Below the pieces are notes generated by a model, which saw nothing but the letters and a program-made list of their open reading frames with translations, ran no database searches and had not been told where the DNA came from. The position numbers and the translations under genes were made by a program. DNA of 62,224 nucleotides, the filler included, from Sphacelaria rigidula (taxonomy: Eukaryota): assembly GCA_964200075.2 (NCBI GenBank). It is 6 parts of 6 records of this genome, joined end to end, with 100 filler letters (N's around TTAATTAATTAA, not from the genome) between each part and the next. Parts side by side here need not be neighbours in the genome. Positions count along the whole stretch, not along the records: positions 31,167 to 41,454 come from CAXNAA020006782.1; positions 41,555 to 51,839 come from CAXNAA020006783.1; 4 more parts are not named here. One strand, given 5' to 3'. Below, in pieces: positions 35,527 through 49,427 of the stretch; position 1 is the stretch's first letter; every line of letters begins with the position of its first letter.

Positions 35527-38500
35527 ATGGGGGGCGATGGCGGAGTTATCGCGGCGAAGCGCGAGTATATGCAATCTTGCGGAGATGTGTTCGGCATGAA
35601 AGGGGGTATGGTCAAGACGAAGCTAAATCGCACGGAGACAGCGGAGCTTCGAACCAAGGTGAGTTACCATAATCTTCTATGATCTGTTTTTGTAGACTGT
35701 ACTTTACTTGTGGGCTGGGCTGGGCTAAGTTGGCCTTACTATCTACACCGTACTGTTGTACTCCCTGCACTGACTGTTGTATTGTATTGCACTGTTGTAC
35801 TGCACTGTACTGTTGTCGTTACTGGTGTCTTCAAACTTGAGAGTAGATGGCGGACTCCACCACCCCCGTAGGTCAGTTTCTCAACCGATATTCTCTCGGA
35901 AACCAATATCAGTATCCCCGATGAAGTTGCAAGAATCTAACAACTTATTCCAAGATAGTCTGATGAGCGGGTTCTTGAAAGTGACGAGGAGGGGTCTCAA
36001 CGAGATTGTAAAAAAAGTAGAGTTTCGAGACTAGTACGCCGGCCAGCGTATTCCGTCGCCGCCAGCAGCTTCCCGTCCTTCACCTCACTGCTCGACGATA
36101 TTCTGATTATGTAGGGTGAGGTTCATGGGACAATATGATCTGCAGTTTTGCATAGAATGTTGTAGCATAGCACAAAACTTCCTTGCACACACAACGAAAA
36201 GCGCTCGGGTACTCATCGTATCCACGCAGTCATCGTCCGTACGGGGTATAACACCCCTACATTGCCTTTTTCTCGCTCTTGTTGACCTCTTGGACGATGC
36301 CGAGTTCCGGGATAGTATCGCTTGTTGACAGTCCCGCGAAAATCGTGGAGGAGGGGATGGGTGCAAGAAGACGGATATCATTTTTCGGGGTAAGTGGGGG
36401 GGTGTACTCTAGACGTTGCATGCCGTAGTCGAAAACCTCGCATCCCTACAAAGTCGGGGCGGAGAACGCCGGGTTTTCGCCGATCCAAGCTCGCAATCAA
36501 TCACCAAGCGTGAAACGCTGCGATGTGTTCGGCGAGTCGCATGAAAGGTGAGCTGTCGGTGAGAAATGAGACAAGAGAAAACTGACCTGTGATGTTGGTG
36601 TGCCGGTACACCCGCGGGTTCACGCTTACCAAGCGCCCAGCCGCGTGAGTAGATAAATGGTTGTAGCGGAGTGCGGTTTCGCACCCAGGGTTGACTTCGG
36701 ACCGGCAATCGCGTGTAAAATGTATGCCTTTGAGTATCTGGTCCTCAAAATGTACAACGTATGACCAGCCACGCGGAATGGTTGAAATAGTAATATACGC
36801 CGTAAACAGTTTTGTTCTCAGAATTCTTGACGCGCATCACTTGTAGCAGATGTGTGTTTCACCCGCGCAAAGCACACGTTCTCGCGCCATATAGTAATGC
36901 GTAGAGGAACGATCGTACGCCAGAATCCGCCGTACCCGAACTAGTTCAGATTACACAAGACGCAACGAACAACGGCCCGACTTCCCTTCATATGCATCAT
37001 CTATCCACCTCGACCTTTGTCGTGTGTTTTATGTGCTCTGACCTGAATTGTTATATTCTAGTACTGCCGCACTCTGGTGGCCCAACTGGTCCGACCGATC
37101 CATCTGACACCGTTAGGTCAGACTAAGCGCGGGTTCATATCCCACCAGATGCCTGTGGTATGACTATCTTGTCATAAATACTTGATTTCCGTTGGTGCGA
37201 ACGTGAGGACGCGTTTGACGAAAAGATGCCGTTTGGTTGAGTTTATGCGACAGTCGACGCGATGCCGGAGTGCTGATCCAATCGGCGATGCCATTATGTA
37301 GGGTGTGTGTCGGGGGAGAGACGGGTTGATCCCTTGAGACACGGACTCGTCACGAGGAAGGGGAAGTGTTGGAAGTGAGACGAGAAAAACAATCCGCTGC
37401 ACTCTGGTGGTCCAATTGGTCCAACTGAACCCGGTTAAGTCGGCGGAATCTGGGCTCAAATCCAGCCGGATATTAATTTTTAGTAGTATTGAATTCCGTC
37501 GTTCGAAACCTGAGGATGTGAGTCACAGGGATATTCGTCTCACAAAAGTCGGTGTGATGCGGAGTGCTGATCCAATCCGCGATACCAGAATATGGGGGGG
37601 GGATTGGGGGAGAGATGGGTTGATTGCTTGACATGGCAGATTTGTCTCGAGGAAGGGGAGGGGTTGTTTAGCTTGAAAGAGTGACGAGAGAAAACAACGT
37701 TCTCAATTTTTGCAGTGTATCACAGTACTTCAAATGCCGTTGACTTGGTTTCCACCCAACTATCGTTTTTCGGTATGATGTTATACCTGATACGCAGGTC
37801 TGTGCAATAAGCAACGAACGTCTGAGAGAGCCGGTAGCTGCATGTGAGCTGGGCTACCTCTTCAACAAGGTCAGAAAGAGTGTTTCAATGTGCGCCATGT
37901 TTGCTCCAACATGAATTACGGCTAAATTGATTATTTGCGTGTTCCGCTGCTCTTACCTGCTTGGTGATACTACTACACCAAAGATTCATTTGTTCTTCAT
38001 TTATGTACAACGCATCATCGGGTGCTTCCTGCAGGATACGCTATTATCAGGCTTGCTCGAGCGCAACCTAAACCCCGCGTTCAACCACATCCGCGGACTG
38101 AAGGACATCGTGGAGTGCAGGCAAGTTCCAGTTGGTCGGTGCTCAACCCTGTACAACAGTCTATCGTTTGAAAATGGTGGCTGGTCAAGGAAGCTTATAC
38201 ACGTCTGTGGTTATTTCATATCTCCCGTGAGAATCACCAGATTATGATGATATTTGATTCCTGTCGCAACGCCGGTCAATTGATCTCCCTGGGTCAGCAA
38301 GCCTGCTACAGGTGTAACTGAAAACAATCGAGCCCTAGGCCATAGCATTATAATCTTCGGTACATCCTGCCGAAGTATTTTCATGTGGTGTTTATGTATG
38401 CCTTCCCGAGATAGTCGCTTCACTGACATCGGCCGTGTTGCACCTGTCCCGCCCAACCGCTCGACAGGTTGACACCAAACCCCGCCTTCGAAAAGGATGA

Positions 38501-39871
38501 CCGTGACATGGACGGGCCAGAGCCATCTCGCTTCATGTGTCCGGTAACACTGCAGGAGATGAACGGCGCACACGCTTTCGTTGTATTGTTCAATACGGGC
38601 TGGGTCATGGCGGAGAAGGCTATCAAAGAAGTCGGCATCGATAGCTTGCAGGTAACGAGGCAGCATACCATGGTTTCGGGTGTGTTGAATGATGTTTTGG
38701 CGGGGAATTGGATGGGCGTGGCAAGCATGTCGAAGTCGAGGGGCCGTAGCTGCACGAGAGAGGCACGATTTCGTGTGCGATGATGAGGGAAGAGGAATGC
38801 CGTCGCCCACACGTTTGTATTGCAATTCAATCGTGGTGCGTGTTGTCATATGTGGTGTTGGTGTAAATCAAGCGCAGTCTTTTTTCTCTCTGCAGCGAGA
38901 ATTTCAGGAGGGCATCTCCGGTGACCTTGTGCCACGCGAACGTGTTGTTGAAACCCCTGGGAACTCGTGCGAGCAACACGGTAAATTTGGATGCACGCAA
39001 CTCCGGGTGGACGCGTCAAGTTTTATCTCATTGTGTTGTGCACACCGTGGCTCAACGTTTTGAAGCGTTGTATTCCCGCTGGCGTCTCCTTTTCTTTGCC
39101 CTTCACTACTGCATCCTTTCGAGAGGCAGCTGACCCCCGCCGCTAGATGAACAAATGATGCACGAGGCGAGTGTTCCTTGTTGGGACGTATTTTTTCGTC
39201 ATGCTTCGGTACCAGAGCTCCAAAATGCTCTTCCTTCAAAATAAAATAAAAGGTGAGCAATTCGTCTTACCGAGTTCGGAATGCGTTTCTTGAATCAGGA
39301 GGAATATGGGCCGTTCACGGAGGAAGACGTGATCCCCTTGGCCCCAACGGACGAGGAGCGGGAGGTGGCAAAACGAGCACTTCTGGCCAAGCGAGAGCGC
39401 GCTCGTGCTGCCAAAAGCGCTAAGAAGGCGTTGAAGAAGAGCGCCCGACGAGAAAAGTCAGTCGCCGCCGCTGCTGCCGCTGCCACCAGCGCGAGCACCT
39501 CATCATCTTCTTCAGGTGCACTTCGTGCCTCCGGAAGCGCACACCCAAGCCTTGGTGATGAAGCAAACGAAGGCCACGCGGAGCGAGGGAAAGGTAAGCG
39601 GGAAGGAGAAGTGCAGGAGAGTGCAGAGCACGCAGCGCGGATAGAGCACAAGAAAAACAAGAGGAGGAAAAGGGCGGAGCGGGGTGCGGCCGCGGTGACG
39701 GGCGGAGCGAGTGCGGGACCTGACTCGGCCAGACTGGCTGGCGCGGCGGCGGAGGCTGTGCAAAAGAACAAAGAGAGCAGTGCTGTATACGCGTCACTTT
39801 TCGGGAAGAAGGACGTATCGAACGAGCACTTGTTCATCGCTACCGCCGGCCACAGATACAACCTGGGGTAG
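35527..39871 (+). CDS. RTF2: Replication termination factor 2 homologue, 348 aa
   Basis: Exons 35527-35658, 37798-37869, 38035-38120 (GC donor), 38468-38651, 39299-39871; 1047 nt in frame. Motifs MGGDGG, CAISNERLREPVAACELGYLFNK, HIRGLKDIVE, FMCPVTLQEMNG, EEDVIPL, VYASLF. Confidence 0.93.
37064..37697 (+). repeat. Tandem duplication (unit about 330 bp), each unit ending in a SINE B 3' end, in RTF2 intron 1
   Basis: gcactctggtgg(c/t)ccaa(c/t)tggtcc at about 37069 and 37399; cggagtgctgatccaat at about 37266 and 37560; SINE B core at about 37310 and 37605. Confidence 0.7.
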
Positions 39872-41157
39872 TCGGCGCTTCTTGTAAATGGTGTACATGT
39901 GGTGTACGGTAGAGAAACGGATTACGGTTGCTTGAGTGTTTCCGGTTGATGGTGTGTGGCGAAGAGCAGGGTTAGACTACCGGTACTGCATGCACCTGTT
40001 GCTCCTGCTACCTGCGTTTGCGGTAGCTGACGTCTGCAGATTTCTGCGTTGTTTTGATTTCGCTTCTATTCGTAAAAACGCCAGGATTACTGATTGCTGC
40101 CGACATCAGGGGATACCTTGTAGACGCGCAACGTGGCTGTGTGCATATGAAAGTATTCTTCACATGAGTGTTGGTACTGTTGGCAGTCGGCGTATGCTGT
40201 ACCGTAGATTACCCCGGGTGCCGCATTGCACCAGCTTCGACGCGGTTTCATTCAAATCCTCAAGCACCCCCCGTTCGTGTGATTTTTTTATCGCCGTGTT
40301 TATGATGTAAGCCCAGAACGATTTACGTGTGGCGCAAGTCCTTTCTGCAAGGAATCCGCGTTCGTGTACGCGGATGGGGGCTTCTAGGTTGACTACACGT
40401 GGTATAGAATCATCACGTGCCAGTTTTCAAGTTGGATGTACAAATCTAGACAGAAACGTGGAGACGTCTGTCCGTGCAACGGCCACGGCCACGGCGAGTA
40501 CGGCATGCCGTAATGAGGCAAATACGGGATTGGTGTATTTATTGCGTATCGTGAAGTGATTTTTCTCGACATCTTTGCACACTTGAACTTTTCATTTTCC
40601 TTTCGATAGAGCAATATCTAGATGCCTCCCCCCCCCCCCCCCCCCCCCCCTACCAAACCCCCCTCCCTTTGTTCTTTTGTTGTGGGTGGGGTGTGGGTGG
40701 TGTTTTTGTTGTTGTGTGCGGGNNNNNNNNNNTTTTTTCTCTACATCTTTTCACACTTTACTTTTTTTTTTTTCTTTCGTTAGAGCAATATCTAGATTCC
40801 CCCCCCCCCCCCCCCCCCATTTCATGATCCTCTCCGTGTGTGTGTTTTTTTGGGAGAAGCGGTCTGTAGAGGCAATATTTTTGCCGGCTAGCCGTGAATT
40901 TTTTGTTGCACGGGTTGTCACGCGTCCCTTGCATGTGTGGGGTACCGAAGCCAACAATCTCCGCAAAAAAAATCGTTAGTGAGATTGTACACTCTGCTCC
41001 CTGCCCCACCACCCCCTTTGTGCGACGTTTTGTTGCCTAGTGGCCATAAGGTTCCACGTTTGATTCCCGGCTCGATCACCACGATGGACAAATAGAAAAC
41101 CTCCAAGTTAAGGGGGCAGTGGCAGTTACTGTTGTGCCTTGGTGTCGCCAGTGCAGG

Positions 41158-41370
41158 GGTGATGTGTCCTCGACAGACACTTACGATGAGTTACACCTGT
41201 TGATGGATAGGATCCACCGCATCGACCAATTCAGGGATCGGGTGCCTACGATCACGCTGGCAGGTCACAGCGGCGATCGCGTGGTAGTACAGCGCACGGC
41301 AGCTAACGTTGACCGCGTGAGGCTGCGGTAGTCGTTCAACATACCGTAGGACGGCGTACTACAACCTGAC
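41158..41370 (+). pseudogene. Decayed alpha/beta-hydrolase-like fragment
   Basis: DVSSTDTYDELHLLMDR...ITLAGHSGDRVVVQRTAA...VRLR* resembles the SSFDxxD...VAGHSAGGQxVQRYA nucleophile-elbow region; in-frame stop follows. Based on motif recall only. Confidence 0.4.
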
Positions 41371-41454
41371 ACAAGAGCCATACGAGTTGAGCCAGCGTAA
41401 AAGCTGCTAAAACTTGCTCACACCACAGCTTCCCCAGTTTCCCGAATGAACCCG

Positions 41455-41554
41455 NNNNNNNNNNNNNNNNNNNNNNNNNNNNNNNNNNNNNNNNNNNNTT
41501 AATTAATTAANNNNNNNNNNNNNNNNNNNNNNNNNNNNNNNNNNNNNNNNNNNN
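41455..41554. other. Artificial contig spacer
   Basis: 100-nt N run with TTAATTAATTAA linker. Confidence 0.98.
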
Positions 41555-43250
41555 AGCGGTTAACTCCGCAGAAGGAGTTTTGGGGAGGAAGATACTTTCG
41601 CTCTGTGTTACTCTTTCGTATCTTCCCCGCAATAGAGAAATGCGACTTCAGCCCCATTTTTGTGTTGAACCCCAAAATTTAAAATCGGCTGTTGCCTGAT
41701 ATTTAGGTTCAGGCGGCATGAAACGTCTCATATTGGCGACAATGGCTACAACGGACCCAAGCGTGGGAATTCCCAGCTGCTCGCCGTGTTCGGCTCTTCC
41801 CATTTCGATCTACGTGAAGATTTTGCCTCCCAAAACCATGCACTTTTTTGGGGGGGGGCTATCGTAGAAAGTGTCTTCTTATGTATTAAAAGATGCGGTA
41901 TCAGAGAAGCCGTTTTCAACAGAGTGATTTTTCACATAATTTTCCAATGTAGCCTTTCTTACGTGATCGACGCACTATCAACACGAGCTGGGTCAACCTA
42001 ATAACGGATATGCTCTAGAAGCAATATCTCATCGACACAGGCGAGTTGGGCCGTGATTTGCATGTCGTATTAATCGTCTAAACAAGGGGAAGGTGCCCAT
42101 CTGCTCAAAAGTTTGGGTCCAAATTTTCTCGTTGATCAAACCCCATGTCTAGTAATTCCTATAATTAACGGAGATGGCGTCCATACTAAAACCTCTGTGA
42201 AACCCCCGATCGATGCTTTCAGCGGATGACGACGAATTTTGGTGTCGACATTCCCTGGAGCAAGGGGAGAGGATAGATACCCTCACCTTCACCTAATTCG
42301 TTATCTATCTCGAGATATGGTGCACATAATGTTCCATACTAGAATCAATATGTTACGAGCAGAGGCACTAGATGCTCTAAATCTGGATATCACGTCTCAG
42401 TTTTTGAGAGTTGTTCTATGAAATTTCGTATGGTGAACCGCTAGTGCATAATAAAATGAAGAAAAGAGCTTGGTACAGTTTTTTTCATTTTTTTCCTTCA
42501 TTTGTTTTCGTGTTTTTAGTGGAGTTTTGAGGAGAAATAAAGATTGCCCATAAGCTACTTCTTATGCGTAAAAAACACTCTCTCATAAAAAGCGTTTTCT
42601 GATAAACGACCAAAAACCCACTTATAATGTGATCAGAAAACGCGTTATCCATCAGAAAACGCGTTTTCTGATGGAAATATTTCTGATGATGACTAATGCC
42701 GACATAGCACCCCCACAAAACGTGCACCGGCACCATCCAACGAACCGGCTGCGATCCCACTATTGGGCTCGTTTGCAGCAATTTCTCCCACATGAGAGGC
42801 AGGCGTGTAGCAGCCCGAAATCAGCTATAACGCCCAAATCAGTCGCGTCGTGCAGCACAAAACCAGCTTTAACGGCAGTTATGATCATCACCTCCGTGCA
42901 CGTTTTTGGCCGGTTTGGGGGAGGGCTATTTCGGCAGCAGTCTAATATTTTCCGATAGCCCCAAGATATCAGAAAATCAGGATTTTCCGATAACCTCGGG
43001 CTATCGGACAATGTTATCGAAAAAGCGTTTGAACACACCTTACAGCCCACGACAGCACCTGAAATGGCTTGGCTGCCATCACTACTACTGCTATCGCTGG
43101 TGCTCGCGGTCATTCAGCGTGCTGCATCATTATCCTTCGCTCGCCAGTAGCATGGTGGTCCTTTACCCCATGGGAACAGCAGAGGGCAGGGTCGATGACG
43201 ACTGTTGTACAGGCAGGACAGTCTATGCTGTATGTCGTCCGTACAATATT

Positions 43251-43695
43251 GTAGCTCAGTTCAGGTCTGTGCACGCAGCGTGTTGCGAACAGCAGTCGCA
43301 ATGCTTTACAGACCGCTCACGTACCCAAGCCTTGTAGAGACAGGACCGGACTGATATAACACACAAGAGTATGAGATAGGTACTGCTATTACTGCAGTAC
43401 ATCCAACGCATACATCACAACAGTGGTGTCTGTACTGTTGTCTGTCCTGCCCGTACAGCCGAGCACTACAACAGTGCAGCGAAATTGCAGCTCAGTTCAG
43501 GTCTGTGCATACAGCATGTTGCGAACAGACGTCGTTTTGCAGTGGAGGCTGCCTACGCACCCAAGCCTTATAGATACAGGACCGCACTGACAGTATACAC
43601 AAGACTATGAATAGGGCTACTCTTGTAGTACTACAGCCAATGCATGCAATACAGCACTGTTGTGTGTACTGTTGTCCGTGCTGTCTTTCAGTCAT
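43251..43695. repeat. Diverged tandem duplication, unit about 237 bp
   Basis: agctcagttcaggtctgtgca...tgttgcgaacag...acccaagcctt occurs at about 43253 and 43489. Confidence 0.75.
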
Positions 43696-44320
43696 GTACT
43701 ACCGTGCAGTGAAAAGCACAACCGTCACTTCTACAGTCGTCAGGTAGTTGGTACAGCAAGGCGGTGTTCTTGTTGATCGTCTTGCGTCACGGAGCCCATG
43801 CACCATGTATCGTTCAGGCAATGTATCACAGTAGTACAGGCAGTCAGTACGGATCGTACACCACGACAGGACAACAGAGTGCTTCGTCTCTCTCGCGCGC
43901 CCCAGAATTTGAAAATATGCCTGCAAACCTCATAGAAAACGATGAACACTGCGTTTTCAATGTTGATAGTGCGTCGATCACGTGAGAAGGCACACGCGGC
44001 CATTCGGCTACCCCCTTGAAATACTCTATCGCGATTTTTATCCTCTCGAGGGTAAAGTGAGGTTACTTTTGCTTTTCTCTGGACTTGACTATTTTTTGCC
44101 GTTCTTGGACAAAAATTCTTGTTTGGTCGAAATAAGAACTGCGGCCACCGAAAAACGCGAAGATGTCCTGGAACCGCCTCAATTATTAGAGCAAGTCCTT
44201 CCAAGGTGTCAAACTCCACCTAGCTCCCTTTTGGGGCGTAAAACGAGGCAAAAGCTCCAGAAAGGCACTTTTCCAGATCTTATATGGAGCGGCCCTATTC
44301 AGTACCTTTTTTTTTCATTC

Positions 44321-45947
44321 ACGACGACGAGGAGACGGTGAGGGAGATGGAGACACCTCTGGAACGCGTACGAAGAGCGGTGTGGGGAATGCTATATGCC
44401 GATGATGCGGCCGTCGTCTCGAGGTCCCCTGACGGCCTGGCGAGGATGATGACCGTTACAGTACGCGTATTCGGGGCCTTCGGACTGACGGTGTCGGGGA
44501 AGAAGACGGAGACTACTGGTGTGAGCACCGAAAAAGACACCACAGAAGGGAAAGCCACCCCCCCCATCCCCACCACCACTGGTCATCGAAGCAGCGGGCC
44601 AGAAGTACGCATAAACCACCAAGTTCGGACACATTGGTGGGCTCGTCACCGAAGATGATCAACAACCGGAGCAGAGCCGCGTGGGCGTGCATGACAAGGT
44701 TTTCCCGAGAGCTCTTTGACCGACCGAAAGCACCGTGAGAACTCAAGGAAGGTTCGACGACTGAAGTCAGAGGCGATGAAGGCCCTACTATATGGATACA
44801 TGACCTGGGCCCTGCACAGCAAGCACTACTGGTTGCTGAGGACGGTACACTACCGGCTCCTTATGCGGGTTATCGGGCACCGCCGAGTGCGTGGCACATA
44901 CCGACAGTTATCATGCGCCCAGGCCCTCAATAAGACCGGATGCCAAAGTGCTGAAGTCATTATCCGGCAACGGCGACCGCTGTTCGTGGCAGCCCTGACT
45001 AGACAACCGCACGGACGACTACCGAAGCGACTGGCATTCTGAACACTCGGGGGGGGGGAGGATCCAGGACCAGGGTGCCCGGAGGAAAACTGGCTGAAGT
45101 GCCTGCGGGACGATTTTCAAGCTTTCGGGGCCACGAACGGCTCTACGGGCAACAACCGGCAGACGTTCGGAGTTGAATGTGCCCTCTGGTCTTCAGCAGC
45201 GAAGGGGGAACGGGGGATACCATGGCACGCGGGGGTGCTGCAGGGAGCAGAGAGGTTCATGACCTCTTGACACAAAATCGATGAAGAGGCCAGCCGACCT
45301 CGTGTGATTAAGCGGGAGCTTTGAGGAGACGAAGGAGGAGACGGAAGAATGCTAAGCCAGTTGTACCAAACTGAATATGACGAAAGTGGCAGGACCCCCA
45401 TCATCTCCCCTTGTATTCTTTTTTCTTCTAACTGCTGACTCCCATGCACCCTCTCCAATGTGGTGTGTGTTGTCATGGGTTGATTTTCCTATTATGCCTA
45501 GTACATCGGTAGGCATATGGCTGTCCATGTAGAGGTTCAAGGTTAGAACCCTGCGGCTCTTATCGCTTTGGCAGGTGATCTTGGCTCTCGAGTTGGCTCC
45601 CTTCTTCTCTGGCCTCGCGTGTTGAGCGGACCAATGGCCCCTGCCTCCAGTAGCCCGAATGGTCGCATATGACATCGGAACTTGAAGTGCCGGTAGTTGT
45701 ACTTTTCCCTTTTTTCGTCTTTTTTGGAATTTGTATTTTATTCGTATTTTATTTATTTTTTATCGCACCTGTGTGTGTTGTTTCTGTGTCCGATTTTATT
45801 TTACTATTATCTTTTACCCTAGCTTGAGGTAGTTAGCCTGTGACCACGGAAGGCGTCCGCATTGGATGCCCAGTGGAGAGTACTGCGGGGGTATATAAAC
45901 GGTTGAAAATGTCAATACAACAACAACAACTACAACAGCAACAACAA
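44321..45947 (+). mobile_element. 5'-truncated RTE-like LINE (RT C-terminal half, 3' UTR, (CAA)n tail), decayed
   Basis: WGMLYADDAAVVSRSPDGLARMM...FGLTVSGKKTET (YADD at 44395-44406), ALLYGYMTW, RLPKRL, WLKCLRDD. Frameshifts and stops; (CAA)n at 45918-45947. Confidence 0.9.
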
Positions 45948-46394
45948 TCCAGCTGGAGTGTCGTGTGTTACCGAGTTGGCCTGCAGTATTCACAGATATG
46001 TGCTCAAGTCGCGCTGATTTGAGAAACTTGAGAATTTGTGGTGCGGGAAGTGAGTGCGGGACTTACAGCTGGCTCACCCCGAAGTCGCATACACGGTATC
46101 ATGCTGACCATAGGCAACTGAAAAAGGTGGAATAACCGGATTCTTAACACTTGTTCAAGGCCATAGCGATGGCGCTGAGAGCGAGAAGATATACCTCGGC
46201 CAATCTACGCCCTACAAGTTTTTCGGAAATCAAGAGCAAATTCTCACCACAACTTCTACCCAATCTTCACATCCTTGACGTCTTAGTAATAACCGACATA
46301 TATGGATGAGCTCGGGTATCTATAATATATATTTTCAAACAGGTACGATGAGCCCACTTCTTATGTATGTGCCAAAAAACCAAACAACCTGAAG

Positions 46395-46712
46395 ACTACC
46401 TTTTTGGCCCTTCTGCATCGTTTTACGCCCGAAAAGAGAGCTAGGCGGATGTTGGCACCTTGGAATATGTCTTGCTCCACTCGTTGAGACCGTGCCAGGA
46501 CACCTTTGCGTTGTTTTTTATAAATTGACCGTTTGTCACTGAAAATAAAAGATTGACTACAAAAACCCTGCGGTCTGCGGAAACGCAGAAAACTATCAGG
46601 GAACGGTCTCAATGAGTACAGCAAGTAAGTCATTCCAAGGTGTCAACCTCCGCCCAGCCCTCTTTCTAGGGCGTAAAACAAACTAGAAGAACCAAAAGGC
46701 ACTGTTCAATTT
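46395..46712. mobile_element. MITE/foldback-like element; related arm at about 44185-44275
   Basis: gttttacgccc...gcaccttggaa is inverted relative to ttccaaggtgtcaa...gggcgtaaaac, which also occurs at 44199-44243. Confidence 0.55.
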
Positions 46713-48286
46713 TTTTTTCTTGGACAGAAGAAGCGCCACATGTGGTCAATCCGCTCCCATCTTACGGTCAACGCCATTTCTAACGCGAAAATATCGGAGC
46801 CGCCGGCGACCGCATCAGCATAGTGGGGACAACAGAAGCCAAGAAAACGGCAGCGGCGGAAGAAAAAGTCCCCACCACCGACGAAGATTGATGCCCCTCA
46901 GCTGAAGTAACCGGGAGAAGCGTACCAATCGGAGAAGGTGTTAGCGGCAGCGGAATCGGTCTTTGCAGTAGAGCACGCGGATGTGGAGGGGGCGGTGGAC
47001 GAGGAAGCTCCGGTCAGCTAGTGGTAGGCCGCGGGGATGAAAGAAGCGTCAAGGACATCCACAACCGCGGTGGTACCAGGGAGGGCGGACGGCCGAGAAC
47101 TAGCACTCGCGCCAGAAGAGGGGGCAGCCACCCTCCTCGAGGCTCAATACCTACATCTCCCGCCGGCACCTCTAGTCAGCGGCGGATGACCCTTACCCCG
47201 GCGGTCGAAGAAGTACAAGTGACAGCCTGCGGGGGTGGGCAACCCCAAACCCTGGAGGCCAAGGACGTGGACGTGGCAGCACTTGAGCGAGGGCGACCCC
47301 AAGCCTCGGAGGCCAAGAACGTGGGAATAGCAGAGGAGGCGCGCGTTATGAAGTGTCGAGACTGGCACTGCACGGGGCTATATACGCACTCTACGAGATG
47401 GAAGTGAAACGTGGCGACGGGCCATGGGATTGCAGCGCGCACACGTCTTGCACATGGGGTGCGCGCTCAATATCTTGAATCGCTCGTCGACGCCGGACCC
47501 GCTGTGCTGCCCCGTCACAAACTGTGGAGCGAGGACCGCTCGACAGCCACGGCTGGAACATATGATACAAAATTGTCTAGGCATCCGTGAGAGGCGGGTG
47601 GATGCCCTCCGGGGAGTACGCGGAGGAGTAGGCCCCAAAGCCAGACTGGTCCGCGTCTTCACATGGGACTAGATCAGCCTTGGCATGGCGGAATTCCTGG
47701 AACGCATCTTTATCGCCGACATCAAGCAACAGTTCACGACTGTAGTCGATGTCAAGCACGGGCTTCAACGCCCACTAGCACAACCGCTTGTGCATTGCGC
47801 AGACTGTTTCGTGTATGAGGCACGTAGACATCGGCTGCCGGGTCGGGAAAGAAAAACCGGGCTCGTACGGGCGGTTAAGCTGAATCTCGCCAGACGGGAG
47901 ATTCTCACGGAAGAACCGCTTTCGTGCTGTGAGGAGGACGGATCTGGGTGTGGTCTTACCGTGACTTATGGCCTATACCGGGCAAGCAGGAACCAAGGCG
48001 TGATCGGTGACAGGCGACACATCGCCCGAAGACCACTATCGAAAGGCATCCGTCGCTTGCCGCCACAACGACGGCATCGCCAACGCCGTATCAGGGTTTT
48101 GCTTGTGGAAGAGCCAGAGGACATCACCTTTGGATCTTGCGCAAGACAGAGCATCCTCTGCAACACTGGAGTACACCAAGTGATGGACTGGGATCCGACC
48201 TATTTTGCCTTCCACTGGGCCCCATCATGCACAACTTCCGAAGCTTGCTTCAAGCGTTCGGCCTGGAGCTGCTGGCATATATCGAT

Positions 48287-48640
48287 TTTTATTTTTATTT
48301 TATTTTTATTTCATTTTATTTTTATTTTTATTTTTATTTTATTTTTATATATCGCACTTTGAACCCCTCTCCTTCCTCGGGACGATTCCGTGGTCTCAAG
48401 GGATCATCCCATCTCTCCCCGGTACACGCCTTGCATTTTGGTCTCGCGGATTGGGTCAGTACTCCCGCACCGCGTCAACTCACGTCAAACAAACTCAGTT
48501 GACTACGTTGTTTACTCACGTCCTCACACTTTCCACGGTGAAAATAAGATATTACGGAGAAAACCCCCCACGCATCGGGAATCGAACTCTCGTTCTCTCC
48601 ACCCGAATGACGACAGTCGGACCATAACAGCACCGGGGCG
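48287..48640 (-). repeat. tRNA-derived SINE family B, near full length, (TAAAAA)n tail
   Basis: On the minus strand: cgccccggtg start, B box gttcgattccc (48577-48587), family B core at 48362-48430 and A-rich tail 48287-48347. Confidence 0.8.
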
Positions 48641-49427
48641 CGGCGGACTAGCTCCTCTTGACCCTGCAACACCTCACGGGCGACACTCAGCAGGCGATCT
48701 CCTATATCATCGAAAGAGTGACACGGATAGGAATTCACATAAGCAAAAGCAAGAGCAAAGTGGAACCACAACATAACTACATTCCTACTCAACAAGAGAT
48801 AGCGGATGTTAGAGAGAGTGGGTCTGGGTGATGCAGAAAAGGGCGGGTCCTTTGTGGTCCATAGATGAATCGAACCCAACAAGTTTGTCCAGCAACAAGC
48901 TGTGACAGTCGTCAAGGAGGACGGAGTCGACGACCTAGCTCGAATACTGGCGCGTATGTCCAACAAACAAGCGCTATGATGATCGCATCGAAGCTTCATG
49001 CATGGAAGACATGCCTCCGAAACGCGTGATGGACTCCGAACTGTCGGAGTCGGTCTGCAAGCGAGCCAGTTCTAGAGAGCTACGGATTTTGGGACACATC
49101 ATGGAGCTGCGGCAGACTACAAACGCACAAACCTTCTTATGCCTCGGCGGTCCTCGGAGCTAATTCAACTCCTCCCCACCACCGGCTTCAGGCCGCCAGA
49201 CCCACTGGTTGTGGGGAGAGTAGGCCTTCCCTCAGGGGTGAGCAGACGCAGGTCCGCAGCTGCGGGGACTTTTTGCGCATGTTGTTATTGGTGATAGCCG
49301 ATCCATCGGGGGCCCTGGAGGACAGGATCACGGTCGACCTTCCCTATTTTCCCTAGGGTACTTTACGGAAAAAACCCTCGAAGCGCTGGTAGACCGTGGT
49401 GGACTCATTGCGGACTAACAAGCGCAT

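Noticed and set aside
39295-39861. 188-aa minus-strand ORF and overlapping ORFs
   Set aside because: Antisense shadow of the GC-rich last exon of RTF2.
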